In this document: positions 36,764 through 46,455 of the stretch, one piece after another
How positions within the stretch are numbered: position 1 is the first letter of the stretch
Layout: each line of letters starts with the position of its first letter
NCBI RefSeq assembly: GCF_011045215.1
Contig: NZ_CP049201.1
DNA: 64,000 nt
Reading direction: 5' to 3' (one strand)
Source: Escherichia coli
GTDB taxonomy: Bacteria > Pseudomonadota > Gammaproteobacteria > Enterobacterales > Enterobacteriaceae
Position numbers and translations under genes: made by a program
The notes under the pieces: model-generated
Seen by the model: only the letters and a program-made list of their open reading frames with translations
Databases searched by the model: none
What the model was told of the DNA's origin: nothing

Positions 36764-37186
36764 ATGAAGAAAGTAGCCGCGTTTGTTGCGCTAAGCCTGC
36801 TGATGGCGGGATGTGTAAGTAATGACAAAATTGCTGTTACGCCAGAACAGCTACAGCATCATCGCTTTGTGCTGGAAAGCGTAAACGGTAAGCCCGTGAC
36901 CAGCGATAAAAATCCGCCAGAAATCAGCTTTGGTGAAAAAATGATGATTTCCGGCAGCATGTGTAACCGCTTTAGCGGTGAAGGCAAACTGTCTAATGGT
37001 GAACTGACAGCCAAAGGGCTGGCAATGACCCGTATGATGTGCGCTAACCCGCAGCTTAATGAACTCGATAACACCATTAGCGAAATGCTGAAAGAAGGTG
37101 CACAAGTGGATCTGACCGCGAACCAGTTAACGCTGGCGACCGCGAAACAGACATTAACTTATAAGCTGGCGGATTTAATGAATTAA
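36764..37186 (+). CDS. hslJ: Heat-inducible lipoprotein HslJ
   Basis: Lipobox LMAGC; start at MKKVAAFVAL. Confidence 0.9.
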   Translation: MKKVAAFVALSLLMAGCVSNDKIAVTPEQLQHHRFVLESVNGKPVTSDKNPPEISFGEKMMISGSMCNRFSGEGKLSNGELTAKGLAMTRMMCANPQLNELDNTISEMLKEGAQVDLTANQLTLATAKQTLTYKLADLMN

Positions 37187-37449
37187 TAGCTGCCACAGCT
37201 CCCGGCGGCAAGTGACTGTTCGCTACAGCGTTTGCCGTTGGGTAATGCACACATCCCAATCGCCGTACCATCCAGTTGACGGGCAACAGAAAGCGAACCG
37301 CCGATCATTGCACAATTTGCTTCTCCACTACTCGACATTGACGCTTTTAAACCTGGCGCTACGTGCGCCGCAGTCGCCTGCTGAACAGGCTCACTACTAC
37401 ACGCCGACAACAATAAAGCGGCACACCCTACCCAAAACGCTGCTCGCAT
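37183..37449 (-). CDS. ydbJ: Small lipoprotein-like protein YdbJ
   Basis: 88 aa; signal/lipobox LLLSAC; 3' end overlaps hslJ by 4 nt (convergent). Confidence 0.8.
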   Translation of the reverse strand: MRAAFWVGCAALLLSACSSEPVQQATAAHVAPGLKASMSSSGEANCAMIGGSLSVARQLDGTAIGMCALPNGKRCSEQSLAAGSCGSY

Positions 37450-37722
37450 CTTTTCTTCCTCTGATCTTCAAGCCAAACGACACCGCCATAAATAATAGGC
37501 AGCACAGAGGGCGGCGTCGAGAGCTGTCCTGCGCGTTGCCCCGCATTTTTACTTTTTTATGGCTATTTTTTTGCCCTCTGTTTGATCAAAACATTCATTA
37601 CGCTGATGTGGGGGACACAAAAGCGAAAATGCAGAAGAAAGCCATTTGCTAAAATTGAAAGATTACTACTGGGCGCGCAGCAATTTCGTGCGCCCCTCAT
37701 TTGCGCAATGTAAGGGTGTCAT

Positions 37723-40700
37723 ATGATTACTATTGACGGTAATGGCGCGGTTGCTTCGGTCGCATTTCGCACCAGTGAAGTTATCGCCATCTACCCTATT
37801 ACCCCCAGTTCCACGATGGCAGAACAGGCTGATGCCTGGGCCGGAAACGGCTTAAAGAACGTTTGGGGAGACACACCACGCGTGGTTGAAATGCAGTCGG
37901 AAGCGGGTGCTATCGCTACCGTGCATGGCGCTTTGCAGACGGGTGCCCTTTCAACATCGTTTACATCATCGCAGGGTTTGCTGCTGATGATCCCGACGCT
38001 GTACAAACTGGCAGGCGAACTAACACCGTTTGTCCTGCATGTAGCGGCACGTACCGTTGCCACACATGCACTCTCTATTTTTGGCGATCATTCCGACGTC
38101 ATGGCGGTGCGCCAGACGGGTTGCGCGATGTTGTGTGCGGCAAACGTCCAGGAAGCGCAAGACTTTGCTCTCATTTCGCACATCGCGACGCTGAAAAGCC
38201 GCGTGCCATTTATTCATTTCTTTGATGGTTTCCGCACGTCCCACGAAATCAATAAAATTGTCCCGCTGGCCGATGACACGATTCTTGATCTCATGCCGCA
38301 GGCCGAAATTGATGCTCATCGCGCCCGGGCGCTCAACCCGGAACATCCGGTGATCCGCGGTACGTCCGCCAATCCTGACACTTATTTCCAGTCTCGCGAA
38401 GCCACCAACCCTTGGTACAACGCGGTCTATGACCATGTTGAACAGGCGATGAATGATTTCGCTGCTGCGACAGGTCGTCAGTATCAGCCGTTTGAGTATT
38501 ACGGGCATCCGCAAGCGGAACGGGTGATTATCCTGATGGGCTCTGCCATTGGCACCTGTGAAGAAGTGGTTGATGAATTGCTAACCCGTGGCGAAAAAGT
38601 CGGCGTGCTGAAAGTTCGCCTGTACCGCCCCTTCTCCGCTAAACATTTACTGCAAGCTCTGCCGGGATCCGTACGCAGCGTGGCGGTACTGGACAGAACC
38701 AAAGAAGCCGGTGCCCAGGCAGAACCGCTCTATCTGGATGTGATGACCGCACTGGCAGAAGCCTTTAATAATGGCGAGCGTGAAACCCTGCCCCGTGTCA
38801 TTGGTGGGCGCTATGGTCTTTCATCCAAAGAATTTGGTCCGGACTGTGTACTGGCGGTATTTGCCGAGCTCAACGCGGCTAAACCGAAAGCGCGCTTTAC
38901 GGTTGGTATTTACGATGATGTGACTAATCTGTCACTGCCGTTGCCGGAAAACACCCTGCCAAACTCGGCGAAACTGGAAGCCTTGTTTTATGGCCTTGGT
39001 AGTGATGGCAGCGTTTCCGCGACCAAAAACAATATCAAGATTATCGGTAATTCCACGCCGTGGTACGCACAGGGCTATTTTGTTTACGACTCCAAAAAGG
39101 CGGGCGGCCTGACGGTTTCTCACCTTCGAGTGAGCGAACAGCCGATTCGTTCCGCTTATCTCATTTCCCAGGCTGATTTTGTTGGCTGCCACCAGTTGCA
39201 GTTTATCGATAAATATCAGATGGCTGAGCGTTTAAAACCTGGCGGCATTTTCCTGCTCAACACACCGTACAGCGCAGATGAAGTGTGGTCGCGCTTGCCG
39301 CAAGAAGTTCAGGCCGTGTTAAACCAGAAAAAAGCGCGCTTCTATGTGATTAACGCGGCGAAAATCGCCCGCGAATGTGGCCTGGCGGCCCGTATTAATA
39401 CCGTCATGCAGATGGCTTTTTTCCATCTGACGCAAATTCTGCCTGGCGATAGCGCCCTCGCAGAATTGCAGGGTGCGATTGCCAAAAGTTACAGTAGCAA
39501 AGGCCAGGATCTGGTGGAACGCAACTGGCAGGCTCTGGCGCTGGCGCGTGAATCCGTAGAAGAAGTTCCGTTGCAACCGGTAAATCCGCACAGCGCCAAT
39601 CGACCGCCAGTGGTTTCCGATGCCGCCCCTGATTTCGTGAAAACCGTAACCGCTGCGATGCTCGCCGGGCTTGGTGATGCCCTCCCCGTTTCGGCGCTGC
39701 CGCCAGACGGCACCTGGCCGATGGGCACTACGCGCTGGGAAAAACGCAATATCGCCGAAGAGATCCCCATCTGGAAAGAGGAACTCTGTACCCAATGTAA
39801 CCACTGTGTTGCCGCTTGCCCACACTCAGCTATTCGCGCAAAAGTGGTACCGCCTGAAGCGATGGAAAACGCCCCTGCCAGCCTGCATTCGCTGGATGTG
39901 AAATCGCGTGATATGCGCGGGCAGAAATATGTCTTGCAGGTGGCTCCGGAAGATTGCACCGGTTGTAACCTGTGCGTCGAAGTTTGCCCGGCGAAAGACC
40001 GTCAGAATCCAGAGATTAAAGCCATCAATATGATGTCGCGCCTGGAACATGTCGAAGAAGAGAAAATCAATTACGATTTCTTCCTCAACCTCCCAGAAAT
40101 CGACCGTAGTAAACTCGAACGTATTGATATTCGTACATCACAGCTGATTACACCGCTGTTTGAATATTCAGGTGCTTGCTCCGGTTGTGGCGAGACGCCG
40201 TATATTAAATTGCTGACTCAGCTCTATGGTGACCGGATGTTGATCGCTAACGCCACCGGCTGTTCTTCAATTTATGGCGGTAACCTGCCCTCTACACCGT
40301 ATACTACCGATGCCAACGGTCGTGGTCCGGCCTGGGCGAACTCTCTGTTTGAAGATAATGCCGAATTTGGCCTGGGTTTCCGCCTGACGGTCGATCAACA
40401 CCGTGTACGCGTGCTGCGTCTGCTGGATCAATTTGCCGATAAAATCCCGGCGGAATTACTGACTGCGTTGAAATCAGACGCCACGCCAGAGGTTCGTCGT
40501 GAACAGGTTGCAGCTTTACGCCAGCAACTCAACGATGTTGCCGAAGCACATGAACTGCTGCGTGATGCAGATGCGCTGGTAGAAAAATCAATCTGGCTGA
40601 TTGGTGGCGACGGCTGGGCTTACGATATCGGCTTTGGCGGTCTGGATCATGTATTGAGTTTGACAGAAAACGTCAACATTCTGGTGCTGGATACGCAATG

Positions 40701-41247
40701 CTATTCCAACACCGGTGGTCAGGCGTCGAAAGCGACACCGCTGGGTGCAGTAACTAAATTTGGCGAGCACGGCAAACGTAAAGCGCGTAAAGATCTTGGC
40801 GTCAGTATGATGATGTACGGTCATGTTTATGTGGCGCAGATTTCTCTCGGCGCGCAACTGAACCAGACGGTGAAAGCGATTCAGGAAGCGGAAGCGTATC
40901 CGGGACCATCGCTGATCATTGCTTATAGCCCGTGTGAAGAGCATGGTTACGATCTGGCACTCAGCCATGACCAGATGCGCCAACTCACAGCTACCGGCTT
41001 CTGGCCGCTATATCGCTTCGATCCGCGTCGTGCCGATGAAGGCAAACTGCCGCTGGCGCTGGATTCACGCCCGCCGTCAGAAGCACTGGAAGAAACGTTA
41101 CTTCACGAGCAACGTTTCCGTCGTCTGAATTCGCAGCAGCCAGAAGTGGCAGAACAGTTATGGAAAGATGCTGCAGCTGATTTGCAAAAACGCTATGACT
41201 TCCTGGCACAAATGGCCGGAAAAGCGGAAAAAAGCAACACCGATTAA
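37723..41247 (+). CDS. ydbK: Pyruvate:flavodoxin oxidoreductase (PFOR)
   Basis: 1174 aa; two 4Fe-4S ferredoxin motifs (CTQCNHCVAACP, CTGCNLCVEVCP); TPP-binding GDGWAYDIG. Confidence 0.95.
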   Translation: MITIDGNGAVASVAFRTSEVIAIYPITPSSTMAEQADAWAGNGLKNVWGDTPRVVEMQSEAGAIATVHGALQTGALSTSFTSSQGLLLMIPTLYKLAGELTPFVLHVAARTVATHALSIFGDHSDVMAVRQTGCAMLCAANVQEAQDFALISHIATLKSRVPFIHFFDGFRTSHEINKIVPLADDTILDLMPQAEIDAHRARALNPEHPVIRGTSANPDTYFQSREATNPWYNAVYDHVEQAMNDFAAATGRQYQPFEYYGHPQAERVIILMGSAIGTCEEVVDELLTRGEKVGVLKVRLYRPFSAKHLLQALPGSVRSVAVLDRTKEAGAQAEPLYLDVMTALAEAFNNGERETLPRVIGGRYGLSSKEFGPDCVLAVFAELNAAKPKARFTVGIYDDVTNLSLPLPENTLPNSAKLEALFYGLGSDGSVSATKNNIKIIGNSTPWYAQGYFVYDSKKAGGLTVSHLRVSEQPIRSAYLISQADFVGCHQLQFIDKYQMAERLKPGGIFLLNTPYSADEVWSRLPQEVQAVLNQKKARFYVINAAKIARECGLAARINTVMQMAFFHLTQILPGDSALAELQGAIAKSYSSKGQDLVERNWQALALARESVEEVPLQPVNPHSANRPPVVSDAAPDFVKTVTAAMLAGLGDALPVSALPPDGTWPMGTTRWEKRNIAEEIPIWKEELCTQCNHCVAACPHSAIRAKVVPPEAMENAPASLHSLDVKSRDMRGQKYVLQVAPEDCTGCNLCVEVCPAKDRQNPEIKAINMMSRLEHVEEEKINYDFFLNLPEIDRSKLERIDIRTSQLITPLFEYSGACSGCGETPYIKLLTQLYGDRMLIANATGCSSIYGGNLPSTPYTTDANGRGPAWANSLFEDNAEFGLGFRLTVDQHRVRVLRLLDQFADKIPAELLTALKSDATPEVRREQVAALRQQLNDVAEAHELLRDADALVEKSIWLIGGDGWAYDIGFGGLDHVLSLTENVNILVLDTQCYSNTGGQASKATPLGAVTKFGEHGKRKARKDLGVSMMMYGHVYVAQISLGAQLNQTVKAIQEAEAYPGPSLIIAYSPCEEHGYDLALSHDQMRQLTATGFWPLYRFDPRRADEGKLPLALDSRPPSEALEETLLHEQRFRRLNSQQPEVAEQLWKDAAADLQKRYDFLAQMAGKAEKSNTD

Positions 41248-41275
41248 ATGCTCTGTATAAGGATTATCCAATTCT

Positions 41276-41313
41276 AAAAAAAAGCCCGGACGACTGTTCG
41301 GGCTTGTCTTTTT
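41276..41313. terminator. Bidirectional intrinsic terminator shared by ydbK and micC
   Basis: A-run / GCCCG...CGGGC stem / T-run; serves convergent transcripts. Confidence 0.75.
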
Positions 41314-41385
41314 ATATGTTGGAAAATCAGTGGCAATGCAATGGCCCAACAGAAAATAAAATCTGTGACAATAAAGGCATATAAC
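41277..41385 (-). ncRNA. micC: MicC sRNA (Hfq-dependent repressor of ompC)
   Basis: Minus-strand sequence GTTATATGCCTTTATTGTCACAGATTTTATTTTCTGTTGGGCCATTGC...CCGGGCTTTTTTT matches recalled MicC; lies between ydbK and ompN as in K-12. Confidence 0.85.
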
Positions 41386-41612
41386 CCGCGCAGAATAACG
41401 TATAGAAAATTAAAAGTATAATTTTTATTTTGTATGTATTATCTTCGATACATTCACCAGACTTATTATCATTTCAGAGGAATTATTTGATTAAGGTTTT
41501 ACTTAAGGCGTAACAAATGATATTTATCGGCTAACTGAACTTCTCCTTTAGGATGTTTTCACTCCCCGAAATGGGGATCAAAGGCAAATAAAATAACTAA
41601 AGGATTTATTCA

Positions 41613-42746
41613 ATGAAAAGCAAAGTACTGGCACTTTTAATTCCTGCCCTGCTCGCCGCAGGTGCTGCACATGCAGCCGAAGTTTATAATAAAGACGGCA
41701 ACAAATTAGATCTGTATGGCAAAGTTGATGGCCTGCATTATTTTTCTGATAATTCAGCGAAAGATGGCGACCAGAGCTATGCGCGTCTGGGTTTTAAAGG
41801 CGAAACCCAAATTAACGATCAACTTACTGGCTACGGTCAATGGGAATACAATATTCAGGCAAACAACACTGAATCTTCAAAAAACCAGTCATGGACCCGT
41901 CTGGCATTTGCCGGACTGAAATTTGCAGATTACGGTTCTTTCGATTACGGACGTAATTATGGCGTAATGTACGACATCGAAGGCTGGACCGATATGCTGC
42001 CTGAATTTGGCGGTGACTCTTATACCAATGCAGACAACTTTATGACTGGTCGTGCCAATGGCGTCGCGACTTATCGTAATACTGATTTCTTCGGTCTGGT
42101 AAATGGTCTGAACTTCGCGGTGCAGTATCAAGGTAACAACGAAGGTGCCAGTAATGGTCAGGAAGGCACCAACAACGGACGTGATGTTCGCCATGAAAAC
42201 GGTGACGGCTGGGGTCTTTCCACAACATATGATTTAGGCATGGGCTTTAGCGCTGGTGCGGCATACACCTCTTCTGACCGCACCAATGACCAGGTTAACC
42301 ATACTGCGGCGGGTGGTGATAAAGCAGACGCGTGGACTGCTGGGCTAAAATACGATGCTAACAATATTTACCTGGCAACCATGTATTCAGAAACGCGTAA
42401 TATGACCCCGTTTGGCGACAGCGATTATGCAGTTGCGAACAAAACCCAGAACTTTGAAGTCACTGCACAGTACCAGTTTGATTTTGGTCTGCGTCCGGCA
42501 GTCTCTTTCCTGATGTCTAAAGGCCGTGACCTGCACGCTGCCGGTGGTGCAGACAACCCGGCAGGTGTTGATGATAAAGATCTGGTTAAATACGCCGATG
42601 TTGGCGCGACTTACTATTTCAATAAAAACATGTCCACCTATGTTGACTATAAAATCAACCTGTTGGATGAAGATGACAGTTTCTACGCTGCCAACGGCAT
42701 CTCTACCGATGATATTGTCGCTTTAGGTCTGGTTTATCAGTTCTAA
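41613..42746 (+). CDS. ompN: Outer membrane porin OmpN
   Basis: 377 aa; signal peptide [21 protein letters not shown]; porin C-terminal YQF. Confidence 0.93.
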   Translation: MKSKVLALLIPALLAAGAAHAAEVYNKDGNKLDLYGKVDGLHYFSDNSAKDGDQSYARLGFKGETQINDQLTGYGQWEYNIQANNTESSKNQSWTRLAFAGLKFADYGSFDYGRNYGVMYDIEGWTDMLPEFGGDSYTNADNFMTGRANGVATYRNTDFFGLVNGLNFAVQYQGNNEGASNGQEGTNNGRDVRHENGDGWGLSTTYDLGMGFSAGAAYTSSDRTNDQVNHTAAGGDKADAWTAGLKYDANNIYLATMYSETRNMTPFGDSDYAVANKTQNFEVTAQYQFDFGLRPAVSFLMSKGRDLHAAGGADNPAGVDDKDLVKYADVGATYYFNKNMSTYVDYKINLLDEDDSFYAANGISTDDIVALGLVYQF

Positions 42747-42754
42747 ATCCTCCT

Positions 42755-42780
42755 GCCCGCTGTTATGGCGGGCTTTTTCT
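42755..42780 (+). terminator. Intrinsic terminator after ompN
   Basis: GCCCGC-tgttatg-GCGGGC followed by TTTTT. Confidence 0.7.
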
Positions 42781-42805
42781 GCTTATTCTTCCTCCTTTGA
42801 TCTAA

Positions 42806-43321
<516 letters not shown>

Positions 43322-43328
43322 CACTAAC

Positions 43329-43353
43329 GCCCGCACATTGCTGCGGGCTTTTT
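43329..43353 (+). terminator. Intrinsic terminator after uspF
   Basis: GCCCGCA-cattgc-TGCGGGC followed by TTTTT. Confidence 0.7.
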
Positions 43354-43496
43354 GATTCATTTCGCAAATGTGCTGACATTTTCCCCTCTAATCCGTACCA
43401 TACACGCCACAGTTTTTATATCAGATTTCTTATGCTGGGCGTTCCGGCATGACGCATACTCTTCTGATGCCATATAACGAATTGAGTCGCTTTTAA

Positions 43497-43550
43497 ATGT
43501 CGCAAAATCAAGAAATTAGCAAGAAAGAACAATACAATCTGAACAAGTAA
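43497..43550 (+). pseudogene. ttcC: ttcA 5' fragment (ttcC-like), prophage attachment-site duplication
   Basis: ATG...TAA encodes MSQNQEISKKEQYNLNK, near-identical to recalled TtcA N-terminus (MQENQQITKKEQYNLNK...), then stops. Confidence 0.7.
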
Positions 43551-43652
43551 GGGCAAAAATCACAACCATCTGATGCATAATAGTTTTATTTATTTTTCAA
43601 TGCGTTAATCATTATCAGCAACAACAATAAGCTACGATAATCCACTCTTTTG

Positions 43653-43698
43653 TTGCCCCATTTTTGCCCCTTTTACAGCATTTTGCCCCATTTTTGCC
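43653..43698 (+). repeat. Two exact 16-bp direct repeats TTGCCCCATTTTTGCC spaced 30 bp apart
   Basis: Copies at 43653-43668 and 43683-43698, in non-coding DNA at the prophage end. Confidence 0.8.
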
Positions 43699-43782
43699 AC
43701 CGAAAAAATTCCAAAACTTCTCAACCTCAGCACGTTCTTGAATATGGCATATGACAATTTCCTTTACGATTTATATGCTGTT

Positions 43783-43825
43783 ATAAAAATCCCCAGTTGT
43801 CAGCAACAACTGGGGATTTACTTTT
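43783..43825. terminator. Bidirectional intrinsic terminator downstream of the HTH-peptidase gene
   Basis: Perfect 10-bp stem CCCCAGTTGT-cagca-ACAACTGGGG flanked by A-rich and T-rich runs. Confidence 0.7.
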
Positions 43826-43873
43826 CAGGCCCAAAAGACGTTCACTACGACTCTAGATGTGAGCATTTACGGG

Positions 43874-44980
43874 TCATACTAGTCGGAGCGAAGCCCTTGA
43901 TGGTGTTCTTTTGTTATTTCCGCCACTAATTGCCGCAACTCCATAAAGCAAACTACTCAATTCATCGAGAGGTACGTTAAGCTCATTACTCAAGTGAGCC
44001 AGATAAATGCCGTCTCCAGCCAGAGCAGTCATCATTTTTTCTATAACGAGTGATCTTTCGCGCTCAATTCCCCCCGGCTCACCGGTTCGATACCCCTTTG
44101 CCGTCGCATCACGCATCAAACTATTATACTGCCATTCCGTCAGCATATTTAGATTGCGCATTCTGACAATCAGGGCCATAGCCGAAACTTTCCAGAGTGA
44201 TTTCAATTGCACAATTTTATCAAACGTCGGGACCACCATCTTAACGGCCATCACGTTTTCCTGAGGCATTAGAAATGCAGAAGCAAAAGCATCCGCTTCA
44301 CGCTCAGCATCCTGCCCTTTGACTTCCCCTTGACGATGAAGTACTAGGTGAGCCAATTCATGTGCGGCATCAAAACGGCTGCGTTCACCTGACTTGCGTG
44401 TGTTAAGAAAGATATAAGGAACATCATCTTTCCAGAACGAAAAAGCATCAATACTCGCTGTTTCCTCTGAAAGCCAGAACACCTTAACTCCAAATTTCTC
44501 AAGTAGATGAACAACATTGGTGATACTCTTCTTACCAATCCCCCAAGCCTCGCGTATCGCTTGGGCAGCGACCTCAGGCTCACTTCCACGGAGATTCGGC
44601 AATTGAGGCGAAGGAAGAGTAAAGCGAGCATTAAAATAATCGCTAAGCATAACCCCTAAAGCACCTGCACCAATTGCCGCATGCTGGTCAGCAGCTTTTG
44701 TTGTGCGTAATGAACGAAATGAAACAGTCAATGGATCAATTGTTTCAACATCATCGCCAAAGAAAAAAGCCTCTGGATAATTTAAAGCACTAGCGTATGC
44801 GCGTACCGTCTCTGCCGTGGGTGCATAAAGACAATAATCTTTTTCGTATTCAATTACGATACGACTAGATAACCCGGTTCGCCTCGCCAGTTCTGCCAAG
44901 GTCAGTTTGCGTCTGATCCGCGCTAGCTTTAGTCGAGACGGATTAAAAAGACGTTTGACATCATCAACAGTGTTACTCAT
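43874..44980 (-). CDS. XRE-type HTH + ImmA/IrrE-family zinc metallopeptidase fusion protein
   Basis: N-terminal HTH (LARIRRKLTLAELARRTGLSSRIVIEYE); HEXXH motif with downstream Glu/LMP (AAHELAHLVLH...EREADAFASAFLMP); ATGA start/stop overlap with upstream gene. Confidence 0.8.
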   Translation of the reverse strand: MSNTVDDVKRLFNPSRLKLARIRRKLTLAELARRTGLSSRIVIEYEKDYCLYAPTAETVRAYASALNYPEAFFFGDDVETIDPLTVSFRSLRTTKAADQHAAIGAGALGVMLSDYFNARFTLPSPQLPNLRGSEPEVAAQAIREAWGIGKKSITNVVHLLEKFGVKVFWLSEETASIDAFSFWKDDVPYIFLNTRKSGERSRFDAAHELAHLVLHRQGEVKGQDAEREADAFASAFLMPQENVMAVKMVVPTFDKIVQLKSLWKVSAMALIVRMRNLNMLTEWQYNSLMRDATAKGYRTGEPGGIERERSLVIEKMMTALAGDGIYLAHLSNELNVPLDELSSLLYGVAAISGGNNKRTPSRASLRLV

Positions 44981-45648
44981 TTGCTTTCAACTGAAATTGA
45001 TATGTCATCATCAAAATCCTGTTCAGGGAAAATATCCGCACCTTCAAATTGCAGAGGAGCTAAAATAATTCGCTCACTCCACGCGCTTACTCTGGCAAAT
45101 CCGTCCTGATTCACCATCCCTACCGGATACGACACCTCACAGCGAATTTCTTTATTTGCCGCATCATAATAATACAGAACGATATAAGTTCGGGTGCTAT
45201 CTATCGGCGTGATCTCAGCTTTGCCTGAATGTAAGGTATCTGCTTGGAACATATCGAATGTACCCGGATTGTTGTGAACAATCGAGCGAGTTGCCTCTCC
45301 CTTTGCATTTTTGGTTTTAGGCAATCCATCAGGACGCCCGGTATGTCCGTCACCTGAGGTAATAATCAGATTAACCCCTTTGCTTGAATTAACGACCATT
45401 TCCATGCGATTGACTACTTCAGAAGACCAGCCGTTACCCTTACCAATCAGAATACGGCGAAGCGCGGCAACCATCTCACTCCAAAAGCGGAATCCAGCAT
45501 CCACTTTAGGGTGGAGCTTACTGGATTTGCGTCGCTCGTATAAAGCAGACATTAACGCATCGCGAATATCATTTTCTGTAAAGCCCAGTTTACTAAGTAC
45601 AAAATCCGAATCAATTCCTGTATGCAGAACACAATGAGGCATATTCAT
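44977..45648 (-). CDS. Hypothetical protein, partner of the HTH-peptidase gene
   Basis: ORF with GGGAG RBS before MNMPHCVLH...; stop overlaps next start (ATGA); no family recognised by eye. Confidence 0.6.
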   Translation of the reverse strand: MNMPHCVLHTGIDSDFVLSKLGFTENDIRDALMSALYERRKSSKLHPKVDAGFRFWSEMVAALRRILIGKGNGWSSEVVNRMEMVVNSSKGVNLIITSGDGHTGRPDGLPKTKNAKGEATRSIVHNNPGTFDMFQADTLHSGKAEITPIDSTRTYIVLYYYDAANKEIRCEVSYPVGMVNQDGFARVSAWSERIILAPLQFEGADIFPEQDFDDDISISVESK

Positions 45649-45884
45649 GAAAGTTTCTCCCATCACTTTTACTTCATGATTTTATCATAAAATTTATGCA
45701 AAAATCAAGAAGTGACACCCTGCAAGCGATTGTAGACTTTCTCTTGTTTTCTTACGTTCCTGCTCTCCAATTGCGCAATTGATTTCTTCAACAATATGAG
45801 AGTACACATCATAAACCTCCGACTGCAGCCAGCAACCGGAGCCTCATTCTTCAGATACCAGAACAACTCACTGCGACCTATTCG

Positions 45885-46448
45885 TTACTCAACATTAAAT
45901 GCTCGTATCGCATCTAAATCCTCCAGACTACTCAACTCCTCCTTCATCTCCCGCTGACGCTGATAAATCTCGTCATTGCGATCGACCTGCGCCTGAACCA
46001 TTGCAGTAAGTAGCTCATCCAGTTGTTGCATTGACAACTTTACCTGCTGATTTTCCGCATCACCCCATACCATGTTTTTCCGTGCCGTGACTGATTTTGC
46101 TGATATCACCACCGGGTAAAGACGGGCCATCGAATCCGGTCCCCCGTTCCAGCTATGACCGTTCCATTCAAAAATGAATGGCTGCGCCTCCTGCTCTGTA
46201 CGCCATGCTTCAATTTCCCGGCGTTTGGCTGCTTTTGCTGCTTCCAGCATCTCTGGCGTGACGGTGAACGGCGTTATTTCTCCCCACTTGCCGCTTTGCA
46301 GTTCCTGCCAGACTCGCTGCCCTGTCTCTGCTGTATCCGTGGCAGTTGCCGTATACGGAACCGGTTCATCCATGCCATCAAACAACACCCCGCAGTCAAT
46401 CGCGCCATTTTCAAGATAACGCGCATTTTCGATGCGTTTTATTTCCAT
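45885..46448 (-). CDS. Putative tail fibre assembly/chaperone protein (second module)
   Basis: Immediately downstream of second fibre gene with short overlap; size typical of Tfa; start placed at MEIKRIEN; weak sequence support. Confidence 0.5.
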   Translation of the reverse strand: MEIKRIENARYLENGAIDCGVLFDGMDEPVPYTATATDTAETGQRVWQELQSGKWGEITPFTVTPEMLEAAKAAKRREIEAWRTEQEAQPFIFEWNGHSWNGGPDSMARLYPVVISAKSVTARKNMVWGDAENQQVKLSMQQLDELLTAMVQAQVDRNDEIYQRQREMKEELSSLEDLDAIRAFNVE

Positions 46449-46455
46449 AAAACAC

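Noticed and set aside
43653-43698. Direct repeats as a CRISPR array
   Set aside because: Only two copies, 16 bp, no cas genes, spacing not CRISPR-like
45311-45637. 108-aa plus-strand ORF
   Set aside because: Antisense within the ~223-aa partner gene of the HTH-peptidase cassette; no RBS
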